Shown here: piece by piece, positions 36,973 through 46,442 of the stretch
Position numbering within the stretch: position 1 is the first letter of the stretch
How the letters are laid out: every line of letters begins with the position of its first letter
NCBI GenBank assembly: GCA_041651955.1
Contig: JBAZIG010000001.1
Span: 9,594 to 73,593 of the forward strand
Direction of reading: 5' to 3'
Source of the DNA: Minisyncoccota bacterium
GTDB lineage: Bacteria; Patescibacteriota; Minisyncoccia; Minisyncoccales; Minisyncoccaceae
Length of the DNA stretch: 64,000 nucleotides
The notes under the pieces: generated by a model
Told to the model about the DNA's origin: nothing
What the model saw: the letters and a program-made list of their open reading frames with translations, nothing else
The model's database searches: none
Position numbers and translations under genes: made by a program

Positions 36973-39293
36973 AATACGATTTTAATAAAATTGAAAAAAA
37001 GTGGCAAGATTATTGGAAAAATAATCATTGTTATAAAATAGACATTTCTTCTGATAGGCCAAAGTTATATGTTTTAGATATGTTTCCTTATCCATCGGGA
37101 GAAGGTATTCATGTCGGACACTTGAAGGGTTATACAGCTACTGATATTTATTCAAGATACAAAAGATTAAAGGGATTTAATGTTTTGCATCCGATGGGTT
37201 GGGACGCTTTTGGATTACCAGCAGAAAACTATGCTATTAAACACGGGATTCATCCTAAAATAACAACCCAAAAAAATATAAGCAATATCAAAAGGCAAAT
37301 GATGGATGCTGGTCTTAGTTATGATTGGGAGAAGGAAATAAATACAACCGATAAAGATTATTATAAATGGACTCAGTGGATATTTATTAAACTTTTTGAA
37401 AACGGACTAGCTTATAAAAAAATGCTTCCAATTAATTGGTGTCCATCTTGTAAGACCGGACTAGCAAATGAAGAGGTTGTTGATGGAAAATGTGAAAGAT
37501 GTGGAACATTAACTACAAAAAAAGACATTGAACAGTGGGTCTTAAAAATAACTGATTATGCTGAAGAATTACTAGATGGGCTAGATGATATTGATTGGCC
37601 AGAAAAAATTAAGGAAATGCAAAAAAATTGGATTGGCAAAAGCGAAGGATATGAATTTGATTTTAAAATTAAAGAAAAAGCAGTTTCTGTTTTTACAACA
37701 AGAATTGATACTTTGTGTGGGTGCACCTATATTGTTTTATCGCCCGAACATCATTTAATTAATGAACTTGATTTTGAAAACAAAGATGAAGTTAAGGACT
37801 ATATAGAAAAAGCAAAAAACAAGAGCGAAAGAGAGAGAATCAGCGAAGTAAAAGATAAGACAGGAATTGAACTAAAGGGACTAAAGGCAATAAATCCAAT
37901 TAATGGCAAAGAGGTCTCTGTTTTTGTTGCTGACTATGTTTTATATCACTATGGCACAGGAGCAATTATGGCTGTTCCTGCTCACGATGAAAGAGATTAC
38001 GATTTTGCTAAAAAGTATAATTTAGAAATTATTGAAGTTGTAAAAGATGATATTTTAATTAATTCTTCTCAATTTAATGGGCTTAAATCAGAAGAAGCAA
38101 AAAAGAAAATAGGAGATTACTTAAATGCTAAAAAGAAAATAAATTATAAATTAAGGGACTGGCTTTTTTCAAGACAAAGATATTGGGGCGAGCCAATACC
38201 GATTATAAATTGTGAAAAATGTGGTCCTGTAGTTGAAACTAATCTACCTCTTATTCTTCCCGAGGTAGAAAAATATCAACCAACGGGAACGGGAGAATCG
38301 CCCCTAGCATCAATTGATTCTTGGGTTAATGTAAAGTGTCCTAAATGTGGAGGAAAAGCCAGAAGAGAAACAAACACTATGCCTCAGTGGGCCGGTTCTT
38401 GCTGGTATTATTTTAGATATTTAGACAATAAAAATAACGATAGTTTTGTTGATAAAAATATACAAAAAAAATGGTTGCCAGTTGATTTATATGTTGGTGG
38501 AGCCGAACATGCGGTTTTACATTTATTATATGCTCGTTTTTGGCATAAATTTCTATTTAATATAGGGGAGGCATCAAATAAAGAACCATTTTATAAATTA
38601 AGAAACATTGGTTTAGTTTTAGCTCAAGATGGTCAAAAAATGAGTAAATCAAAGGGCAATGTTGTTTCTCCTGACGAAGTTATTAAAAATTATGGAGCGG
38701 ACACATTAAGAATATACGAAATGTTTATGGGGCCCTTTGAGCAAGCAATTCAATGGAATGATCAGGGGCTTAAGGGTGTATATAGATTTTTAAATAAATT
38801 TTGGTCACTAGATATTAAAGAAGAAAGCTCTCCTGAAGTTATTTCTTATACTGACAAAACAATTGCTAAAATTGAAAAAGAATTAGAAAAAATGAAGTTT
38901 AATACGCCAGTTGCTTTCTTAATGGAATTTGTTGATTTTGTTTCTGATAAAAAAATAGGTAAGCAGGAGATGGAAAAAATACTGATAGTTTTTTCTATTT
39001 TTGCTCCTCATTTCTGTGAAGAAATTTGGGAAATGCTAGGAAACAAAGAAAGTATAACAAAACAAAAATGGCCTGAATTTAATCTCATTGAAGAAAAAGA
39101 TTTTTCTTTGATGATTCAAGTTGGCGGAAAGTTAAGAGATAAAGCAATTTTTAGTGGTGAGACATCAAAAGAAGAAATAATAGAAGAAATAAAAAATAGA
39201 GAAAAAGTAAAAAAATGGATAGAAGGAAAACAAATTAAAGAGGTAATTTATGTTCCCAAAAAATTAATAAACATAGTATTATGTGCGGAATAG
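36969..39293 (+). CDS. leuS: leucine--tRNA ligase
   Basis: YVLDMFPYPSGEGIHVGHLKGY (HIGH) and KMSKSKGN. The start is moved to MKYDFNKIEKKWQ, so the track's upstream extension is rejected. Confidence 0.95.
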   Translation: MKYDFNKIEKKWQDYWKNNHCYKIDISSDRPKLYVLDMFPYPSGEGIHVGHLKGYTATDIYSRYKRLKGFNVLHPMGWDAFGLPAENYAIKHGIHPKITTQKNISNIKRQMMDAGLSYDWEKEINTTDKDYYKWTQWIFIKLFENGLAYKKMLPINWCPSCKTGLANEEVVDGKCERCGTLTTKKDIEQWVLKITDYAEELLDGLDDIDWPEKIKEMQKNWIGKSEGYEFDFKIKEKAVSVFTTRIDTLCGCTYIVLSPEHHLINELDFENKDEVKDYIEKAKNKSERERISEVKDKTGIELKGLKAINPINGKEVSVFVADYVLYHYGTGAIMAVPAHDERDYDFAKKYNLEIIEVVKDDILINSSQFNGLKSEEAKKKIGDYLNAKKKINYKLRDWLFSRQRYWGEPIPIINCEKCGPVVETNLPLILPEVEKYQPTGTGESPLASIDSWVNVKCPKCGGKARRETNTMPQWAGSCWYYFRYLDNKNNDSFVDKNIQKKWLPVDLYVGGAEHAVLHLLYARFWHKFLFNIGEASNKEPFYKLRNIGLVLAQDGQKMSKSKGNVVSPDEVIKNYGADTLRIYEMFMGPFEQAIQWNDQGLKGVYRFLNKFWSLDIKEESSPEVISYTDKTIAKIEKELEKMKFNTPVAFLMEFVDFVSDKKIGKQEMEKILIVFSIFAPHFCEEIWEMLGNKESITKQKWPEFNLIEEKDFSLMIQVGGKLRDKAIFSGETSKEEIIEEIKNREKVKKWIEGKQIKEVIYVPKKLINIVLCAE

Positions 39294-41104
39294 TTGGATA
39301 TATTGGGAAAAAAGACGCCTCAAGCATTGTTTTGTCTGGATTAAAACGTCTTGAATACAGAGGTTATGATAGTTATGGAATATGCTTTATTGAAAAAGAT
39401 AAATATAGTTTATTCAAAAGAGTTGGGAAGATTGAAAAGACAGAAGCAGAGTTCTTAAAGAAAAACTTTAAAGGCAACGTTTGCATTGCTCATAATAGAT
39501 GGGCAACAACTGGACTAGTTAGCGAGGCGAACGCTCATCCTCATTGTGATTGCAAAGAAGAAATTTTTGTTGTTCACAATGGAATTATTGAAAATTATAA
39601 GGAGCTAAAAACCAAATTAATTAAAGAGGGTCATATTTTTAAATCAGAAACAGATACCGAAGTAATTCCTCACTTGATAGAAAAATATTATCAAGGAAAT
39701 TTAGAAGATGCGGTTAGAGAAGCATTAAAAAAGATAAGAGGAACTTATGGTCTTGTTGTGGCGTCCATTAAAGAGCCCGACAAAATTGTAGTTGCGAGAA
39801 TGTCTTCCCCCCTTATTATTGGAGTTGGTGACAATGAATTTTTAGTTGCATCAGATTCTTCAGCAATAATTTCTAGAACAAGGCAGATTATTAATTTAGA
39901 CGATGGAGAGATGGCTGTTATTGTAAATAATAGCATTTCTATTTTTAAAGAAGAAAAAGAAAAAAAGAAAGATATAGAAATAATTGATTGGGACATTGAA
40001 CAATCAGAAAAAGGGGGCTATGACCATTTTATGCTAAAGGAAATTAATGAAGAGCCCAATGTTATTGAAGATGCAATGAGGGGAAGATTTTTAGACGAAA
40101 TTGGAATGGTAAAATTAGGAGGACTTGAAAGGGTAGAAAATAAATTAAGAGAAATTAATAGTTTATCTTTGGTTGGTTGTGGTACCGCTCATTATGCATC
40201 TAAGGTTGGAAAATATATGATTGAAGAATATGCCGACATTCCAACCGAAGTTGATTTTGGCTCAGAATTTAGATACAAAAAGCCAATAATTAAAAAAGAT
40301 GGAGCAGTGTTGTTTATTTCTCAATCGGGAGAAACAGCCGATACGCTGTCTTGCTTAAAAGAGATGAAGGAAAAAGGGATTTTAACTTTGGGAATTACTA
40401 ATGTGGTTGGTTCTTCTCAGGCCAGAGAAACAGATGCCGGTGTTTATACTCGTTCTGGACCAGAAATTTCAGTTGCTTCAACAAAGGCGCTGTTAGGACA
40501 ATTAACAACTTTAGTTTTAATTACAATCTATCTAGGAAGACAAAGAAATATGTCCATGGTAATGGGTAAAAGAATTATTGAAGAACTAAAAAAGATACCA
40601 GAATTATCAAAAAAAATATTATCTCAAAAAACAAAAATTGAAAGGATAGTAAAAAAATATAATAAATACAAGGATTTTTATTTTATTGGAAGAAAATATA
40701 ATTATCCTATTGCCCTTGAGGGAGCGCTCAAATTAAAAGAAATTTCTTATGTTCATGCAGAGGGAATTGCTGGTGGAGAACTAAAACACGGCCCATTGGC
40801 TCTAGTTGATGATTCTTTTCCCACAATAGCTATTTGCCCAAGCGATTCGGTTTATGATAAAATGATTTCTAATATTGAAGAAATAAAGGCAAGAAAGGGT
40901 CCTGTGATAGCCATTGCTACTGAGGGCAATTCTGAAATTGAAAAAGTAGCAGATGATGTAATTTATATTCCTAAAACTTTGGAAATGTTAACCCCTTTGT
41001 TAACTGTTACAGTTCTTCATTTGTTTGCTTACTATTTTGCGAAATTATTAAAAAAAGATATTGATAGGCCAAGAAATTTAGCCAAAAGTGTAACTGTTGA
41101 ATAA
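39281..41104 (+). CDS. glmS: glutamine--fructose-6-phosphate aminotransferase
   Basis: MCGIVGY N-terminal nucleophile, two SIS domains, and C-terminal ...AKSVTVE. Confidence 0.95.
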   Translation: MCGIVGYIGKKDASSIVLSGLKRLEYRGYDSYGICFIEKDKYSLFKRVGKIEKTEAEFLKKNFKGNVCIAHNRWATTGLVSEANAHPHCDCKEEIFVVHNGIIENYKELKTKLIKEGHIFKSETDTEVIPHLIEKYYQGNLEDAVREALKKIRGTYGLVVASIKEPDKIVVARMSSPLIIGVGDNEFLVASDSSAIISRTRQIINLDDGEMAVIVNNSISIFKEEKEKKKDIEIIDWDIEQSEKGGYDHFMLKEINEEPNVIEDAMRGRFLDEIGMVKLGGLERVENKLREINSLSLVGCGTAHYASKVGKYMIEEYADIPTEVDFGSEFRYKKPIIKKDGAVLFISQSGETADTLSCLKEMKEKGILTLGITNVVGSSQARETDAGVYTRSGPEISVASTKALLGQLTTLVLITIYLGRQRNMSMVMGKRIIEELKKIPELSKKILSQKTKIERIVKKYNKYKDFYFIGRKYNYPIALEGALKLKEISYVHAEGIAGGELKHGPLALVDDSFPTIAICPSDSVYDKMISNIEEIKARKGPVIAIATEGNSEIEKVADDVIYIPKTLEMLTPLLTVTVLHLFAYYFAKLLKKDIDRPRNLAKSVTVE

Positions 41105-41109
41105 TTTAT

Positions 41110-42705
41110 ATGAAAAAAAACTACTCAATTTTAATAGGAGGAGAAGCCGGACAGGGATCAAGAAAGGCCGGATTAATTATTGCTAAAATTTTTAATCAAT
41201 TAGGATACAATGTTTTTATCCATGAAGATTATCAATCATTAATTAAGGGTGGTCATAATTTTTCTCAAATAAGGGCTTCGGATAAGGAAAAATTAACTCA
41301 TAGTGAAAAAGTGGATACTATTTTAGCTCTTGATAAAAGAACAATAGAAGAGCATCGACATTGTCTCAATAAAGACGGTTTTATTATCTCTGGAGAGAGA
41401 TCGTCTGAAATAGTAAAAGAACTGGGTGGCAGTAGAATAATGGGAAACATTGCAATGATCGCTATCTTTTCAAAGACAATAGGGGTTGAATGGAAAACAT
41501 TATTAAATATATTAAAAAAAGAAATATCAAGAGATGTTGATAAAAATATAGAGATTGCAAAGAAGGCCTATGCTGAAGCAGAAGAAAAATATAAAATAGA
41601 AAAATTAAAAGATCCTGTAAATCCTCTTTTAATAGGAAATGAGGCGATTGCCCTAGGAGCAATTGACGCTGGACTAGACATCTATTCAGCATATCCTATG
41701 ACTCCTGCGACAAGTATTCTTCATTATTTAGCAGAAAAAAGAAAAACAATTACCACTCAAGCAGAAAACGAAATAGCCGCTATTCATTCAATTATCGGTA
41801 GTGCTTATGCTGGTAAAAGATCAATGACGGGAACGTCTGGAGGGGGATTTGCTTTGATGACTGAAGCAATTAGTTTTGCCTCTCAAGCAGAAATACCAAT
41901 TTTAGTAGTTAATAGTCAGAGGGCTGGACCATCGTCAGGTGTTCCAACATATAGTTCTCAAGCAGATCTTCTTTTTTCAATTAATTCTGGGCACGGAGAT
42001 ATTGTTAGGTTTGTTGCTTCTCCAGGAGATGCCAACGAAGCATATTATTTGTCGGGAACACTTCTTAATCTTGCGTGGAAGTACCAAACTCCAGCGATTC
42101 TTTTAGCAGACAAAGAATTATCTGAAAGTACTTATGAGTTTTATCCTAAAAAAATAAAAAAGGAAAAGGAATTATTGTGGGACAAAAAGGGCGAATACAA
42201 AAGATATCAACAAACAAAAAATGGAGTATCTCCTTTGTCTTATCCTCTAAAAGCAATTGTTAAATCAACGAGTTACGAGCACGATGAATTTGGTTACACA
42301 ACAGAAAATGCTGAATTAATTGTTGCGATGCAGGATAAAAGGTTGAAAAAGTTTAAAGAAATGGAAAAAGAAGTTGATAAATTAGAATCAGTAAAAGTTT
42401 ATGGAAATAAAAAATCAAAAAAAGCATTAATTTGTTGGGGCTCAACAAAGGGAGCAGTCAATGAAGTGGCAGAAAAATTAGGACTAAAAGTAATTCAGAT
42501 ATTATTTTTACAACCATTTCCAATTAATCAAATCAAGAAATCACTTAAGGGAGTGGAAAAAATAATTTCAGTAGAGTGTAATTCTACGGGACAATTATCA
42601 GTTCTTTTATCTCAATATGGAGTAAGGCCAGATAAGCAGATTTTAAAATATGATATGAGACCTTTTAGTCCCGAAGATATTGAAGTAAAATTAAAAAAAA
42701 TATGA
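41110..42705 (+). CDS. 2-oxoacid:ferredoxin oxidoreductase, fused gamma-alpha subunit
   Basis: N-terminal gamma-type domain (GGEAGQG..KGGHN), followed by the alpha domain (NEAIALGAIDAG..YPMTPAT). Confidence 0.85.
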   Translation: MKKNYSILIGGEAGQGSRKAGLIIAKIFNQLGYNVFIHEDYQSLIKGGHNFSQIRASDKEKLTHSEKVDTILALDKRTIEEHRHCLNKDGFIISGERSSEIVKELGGSRIMGNIAMIAIFSKTIGVEWKTLLNILKKEISRDVDKNIEIAKKAYAEAEEKYKIEKLKDPVNPLLIGNEAIALGAIDAGLDIYSAYPMTPATSILHYLAEKRKTITTQAENEIAAIHSIIGSAYAGKRSMTGTSGGGFALMTEAISFASQAEIPILVVNSQRAGPSSGVPTYSSQADLLFSINSGHGDIVRFVASPGDANEAYYLSGTLLNLAWKYQTPAILLADKELSESTYEFYPKKIKKEKELLWDKKGEYKRYQQTKNGVSPLSYPLKAIVKSTSYEHDEFGYTTENAELIVAMQDKRLKKFKEMEKEVDKLESVKVYGNKKSKKALICWGSTKGAVNEVAEKLGLKVIQILFLQPFPINQIKKSLKGVEKIISVECNSTGQLSVLLSQYGVRPDKQILKYDMRPFSPEDIEVKLKKI

Positions 42706-43439
42706 AAATAGAAACCAATTTTATTAATACATGGTGTCCTGGTTGTGGCAACTTCGGCGTTTTAGAAGCAATGAAAAGGGCTATAAAGGAATTGGGGCAA
42801 AACAATGTTGTTTTGGTTTCTGACATTGGCTGTAATTCAAAAATAGTAGATTATTTAAATGTTAGCAGCTTAAACTCTTTACACGGAAGGCCAATTCCAA
42901 CTGCTTCTGGAATAAAAATGGCTAATCCAAAATTAAAAGTGATTGTTTTTACAGGAGATGGGGGCTCATTAAATGAAGGAATATCTCACTTGATTCATGG
43001 AGCTAAAAAAAACACAGATATTACTGTTATTATGCATAATAATAGATTGTTTGCTTTAACAACGGGACAATATACGGCGGTTTCTCCAAAAGGGTTCAGG
43101 GGAAAATCAACTCCTTATGGGTCAATTGAAGAACCACTTAATCCTTTAGAATTGATGAGAGCTTCAAAGGCCTCTTTTATTGGGAGAACATATTCAACTA
43201 AAATAGATTTTACAAAAGATATGATTATTGAAGCAGTTAATCATAAGGGATTTTCTTTTATAGAGGTGCTTCAACCATGCCCATCATTTTTTAACACTTT
43301 TGATTTCTATAATCAAAGAGTTTATGAATCACCAAGAGATGAAAAGTTAATAAAAGAATGGGACTATATTAATGATAGTAAAATTCCTCTCGGAGTTTTT
43401 TACAAAGAGGAAAGACCAACATACGAAGATGAAATTTAA
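42702..43439 (+). CDS. 2-oxoacid:ferredoxin oxidoreductase beta (TPP-binding) subunit
   Basis: WCPGCGNFG start and TPP motif GDGGSLNEG. No separate delta/ferredoxin subunit is present. Confidence 0.9.
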   Translation: MKIETNFINTWCPGCGNFGVLEAMKRAIKELGQNNVVLVSDIGCNSKIVDYLNVSSLNSLHGRPIPTASGIKMANPKLKVIVFTGDGGSLNEGISHLIHGAKKNTDITVIMHNNRLFALTTGQYTAVSPKGFRGKSTPYGSIEEPLNPLELMRASKASFIGRTYSTKIDFTKDMIIEAVNHKGFSFIEVLQPCPSFFNTFDFYNQRVYESPRDEKLIKEWDYINDSKIPLGVFYKEERPTYEDEI

Positions 43440-44394
43440 TTTTTTTTCAAATAAAAATATAGTTTGTATCGGTGGAGGAAATGCTATGCCAAAAGTTGTC
43501 TTGAGGGGTCTTAAAAACAAAAAGGTTAATTTAACTGTTGTAAGCGCTGTTCTTGATTCTGGAGGATCATCAGGAAAATTAAGAAAAGAGTATGATATTA
43601 TTTCCCCAGGAGATATTAGAAGAGCATTTTTAGAGCTTTGTAATTTGCCAGTTGAGGACAAGGATTTATTAGATTTTCGTTTTCCCGATGGTGAATTGTC
43701 TAGTCATAATTTGGGCAATTTGTTTTTCGCCGCATCTTATTTAAAAAACAAAAAATATAGGATAATTTTTGAAAAAATGAACAGTTGCTTGATTGGTAAT
43801 CATAAGATATTGCCATCAACAATATCTAAGGCCGACTTAGTGGCGGTATTAGAAAATGGCGAAGAAGTTATCGGTGAAGCAAACATTGATGTTCCTAAGC
43901 ATAATCCTAATTTAAAAATTAAAAAATTGTTTTTAAATCCTCCTGTTGGTGCATGTCCTCAAACATTAAGAAGAATTAAAAATGCTGATATGATAATTAT
44001 TGGACCAGGGGATATCTTTTCTTCCTTGATGCAAGTAATTTTAGTAGATGGAATGATTGATGCGATTAAAAAAAGTAAAGCTAAAAAAGTTTATATTTGT
44101 AATTTAATGACAAAAAATGGAGAATCTAACAATTTTAGTGTTAAAGATTTTGTTTGGGAAATAGAAAATTGTCTTAATTCAAAACTTGATTATGTTATTT
44201 ATAATAATAACATATCTAATAGAGAGACGATTAATGAGTATAGAAAAAAATATCCACAATTTCTAGAAATGGTTGACTTTTCTTCTTTGCCACAAGACAA
44301 TAGATATATAGGTCGTGATTTGCTTGGAGAAAATGGTATGGTTCACGATCCAGAGAAAGTAGCACAAACTATATTAAAAATATGCAAGCAATAA
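43429..44394 (+). CDS. yvcK: YvcK/GlmR (CofD-like, UPF0052) family protein
   Basis: GGGNAMP..., DSGGSSGKLR, PGDIRR and IGPGDIFSS blocks. The start is moved to ATG 43429 (MKFNFF). Confidence 0.8.
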   Translation: MKFNFFSNKNIVCIGGGNAMPKVVLRGLKNKKVNLTVVSAVLDSGGSSGKLRKEYDIISPGDIRRAFLELCNLPVEDKDLLDFRFPDGELSSHNLGNLFFAASYLKNKKYRIIFEKMNSCLIGNHKILPSTISKADLVAVLENGEEVIGEANIDVPKHNPNLKIKKLFLNPPVGACPQTLRRIKNADMIIIGPGDIFSSLMQVILVDGMIDAIKKSKAKKVYICNLMTKNGESNNFSVKDFVWEIENCLNSKLDYVIYNNNISNRETINEYRKKYPQFLEMVDFSSLPQDNRYIGRDLLGENGMVHDPEKVAQTILKICKQ

Positions 44395-45536
44395 TTTTAG
44401 CAGCAGGAAATGGAGTAAGATTCTTACCATTCTCGGAGAATAAACCGAAACCTTTGTTTAGTTTATTTGATAAAAGTATTATAGAACACAACCTAAGAGA
44501 ACTTAAGGGGATTGTTGATGAGGTTATAGTTGTTGTGGGCTATAAAAAAGAAATGATAATTGATAAAATCGGAGATAGCTTTGAGGGAATTAAAATAAAA
44601 TACATTGAAGACAAAGAGATAACAGGAACTGCTTCAGCGGTTAAAATTGCCAAAGAATTAATAAAAGATGATTTTATTCTTTTAAATGGAGATGACTTTT
44701 ATTTTAAAGACGATATAAAAAAGTTAAAAAGTCCAGGAATTCTAGTAAGAGAACATAAAAATCCAAGTTCTTTTGGTGTTATCATTAAAGAAGATAATTA
44801 TTTGAAAGATATAATTGAAAAGCCCTCTGAACCAATTTCTAATTTAGTTAATACGGGACTTTATTGCTTGCCCAAAGAAATTCTTGATATAGAAACAGAA
44901 AAATCATCAAGAGGTGAATACGAGTTTACTGATTGTATTAAAAAATATAATCAACAAGTAAAAATTAGCGTATACGAAGCAAGTTATTGGTTTCCTAATT
45001 CGTACCCTTGGGACACTTTTAATGCTTTTTCTTATTTATTTTCAAAAGAGAAAAAAGCAAAAGAATTTATTAAAGAAAATGGGGCAAGTATTTCAAAAGA
45101 TGCAATAATTAAAAAGGGCACAGTAGTAAAATCAGGATCATATATTGAGGGCAAAGTTTATATCGGAGAAAATTGTATAATTGGACCAAATTGTTTTATT
45201 AGAAGTGGTTCAGTGATTGAAAATAACTGCAAGATTGGAGCCAGTGTAGAAATTAAAAATTCTATTATCGGTAAAGGAACAAACATTAATCATCTTTCTT
45301 ACGTTGGTGATTCAATTATCGGAGAAAATTGTAATTTAGGGGCTGGAACAATAACGGCTAATTTAAGGCACGATAATTCAACAGTAAAGGTTAAAGTGAA
45401 AGATAAATTAATTGATACGGGAAAAATAAAACTAGGAGCAATAGTTGCTGACAACATAAAAACAGGAATAGGAACATTAATTTATCCAGGAAGAAAAATT
45501 CTTCAAAATACGCTTCCAGGAGAGAAAGTAATTTAG
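44382..45536 (+). CDS. sugar-1-phosphate nucleotidyltransferase with C-terminal left-handed beta-helix (GlmU-like)
   Basis: N-terminal ILAAGNGVRF..KPKPL signature. C-terminal hexapeptide repeats (IGENCIIGPNCFIRSGSVIENNCKIG...). Confidence 0.7.
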   Translation: MQAIILAAGNGVRFLPFSENKPKPLFSLFDKSIIEHNLRELKGIVDEVIVVVGYKKEMIIDKIGDSFEGIKIKYIEDKEITGTASAVKIAKELIKDDFILLNGDDFYFKDDIKKLKSPGILVREHKNPSSFGVIIKEDNYLKDIIEKPSEPISNLVNTGLYCLPKEILDIETEKSSRGEYEFTDCIKKYNQQVKISVYEASYWFPNSYPWDTFNAFSYLFSKEKKAKEFIKENGASISKDAIIKKGTVVKSGSYIEGKVYIGENCIIGPNCFIRSGSVIENNCKIGASVEIKNSIIGKGTNINHLSYVGDSIIGENCNLGAGTITANLRHDNSTVKVKVKDKLIDTGKIKLGAIVADNIKTGIGTLIYPGRKILQNTLPGEKVI

Positions 45537-45620
45537 TGCCGAAGGAGAGACTTGAACTCTCACGGGATTACTCCCATGGCATTTTGAGTGCCACGCGTCT
45601 GCCAGTTCCGCCACTTCGGC
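45537..45620 (-). tRNA. tRNA-Leu (anticodon CAA), type II with long variable arm, CCA not encoded
   Basis: Cloverleaf read by hand. Acceptor GCCGAAG/CTTCGGC, anticodon stem TGGCA/TGCCA with loop CTCAAAA, variable stem GGGA/TCCC, T-arm GAGAG-TTCAAGT-CTCTC, discriminator A. The 3' end abuts the stop codon of the convergent GlmU-like gene. Confidence 0.9.
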
Positions 45621-45644
45621 ATATAACTATACTTATCATAAAGT

Positions 45645-45673
45645 TTGTAAAAATAAAAGTGGTGTGGTAAAAT
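45645..45673 (+). promoter_or_regulatory. candidate promoter of parAB (leaderless geometry)
   Basis: TTGTAA (45645-45650), 17 nt including the TGg extension, TAAAAT (45668-45673), 7 nt, ATG 45681. Confidence 0.45.
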
Positions 45674-45680
45674 TATATTA

Positions 45681-46442
45681 ATGACTCGTGTAATTGCAAT
45701 TGCAAATCAAAAAGGAGGAGTTGGGAAAACTGCAATATCTGTAAATTTGCCAGTTTTTTTAACTGCTTTCGGAAAAAAAGTTTTACTTGTTGATTTTGAT
45801 CCTCAAGCAAATGCAACATTTTCTTTAGGAATTAAGCCAAGGGAATTATCAATTTCCTTGTATGAAGCGCTGTTAGGACAAGTGATGCCGAAAGATATTA
45901 TTAAGAATACTCCCTTTTTAGCTTTTGACATTATGCCAACATCATATAATTTAGCAGGAGCAAATATTGAGCTTGTTAATATGAAGGACAGAGAGTTTAA
46001 ATTAAAAGAAGTAATTGATGTTGTTAAAGATGAATATGATTTTGTTTTAATTGATTGCCCTCCTAGTTTAGGAATTTTAACCCTTAACGCACTAATAGCC
46101 GCTGATGAAGTAATGATTCCTGTTCAATCAGAATATCTTGCTATGGAAGGATTAGATCAGTTGTTATATAATGTTAAATTAATTAACGATAATTTAGATA
46201 GAAAGATTAAGATATTGGGAGCCGTTTTAACGATGTATAATAGGAAAAATATGGTAAGTCAGAAAATAGCCAAGGATTTAAGAAGAAATTTTCCGGGCTA
46301 TGTTTTTGAAACAGTTATTCCAAGGGTGGTTTCTTTATCAGAATCACCAGTAACAGGAAAAACTATATTAAGGCATTCTCCCAATTCAAAGGGCGTTCAT
46401 GCTTTTAGAGAATTAGCACGTGAAATAATATCAAAACAATGA
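45681..46442 (+). CDS. parA: ParA/Soj chromosome-partitioning ATPase
   Basis: Deviant Walker A NQKGGVGKT, and the DCPPSLG and MYNRKN blocks. Confidence 0.9.
   Translation: MTRVIAIANQKGGVGKTAISVNLPVFLTAFGKKVLLVDFDPQANATFSLGIKPRELSISLYEALLGQVMPKDIIKNTPFLAFDIMPTSYNLAGANIELVNMKDREFKLKEVIDVVKDEYDFVLIDCPPSLGILTLNALIAADEVMIPVQSEYLAMEGLDQLLYNVKLINDNLDRKIKILGAVLTMYNRKNMVSQKIAKDLRRNFPGYVFETVIPRVVSLSESPVTGKTILRHSPNSKGVHAFRELAREIISKQ

Noticed and set aside
45621-45631. TATAGT on the minus strand 5 nt upstream of tRNA-Leu, which would suggest a leaderless tRNA transcript.
   Set aside because: The predicted start would fall inside the tRNA. No acceptable -35 lies at 16-18 nt. The region is so AT-rich that -10-like hexamers occur by chance.
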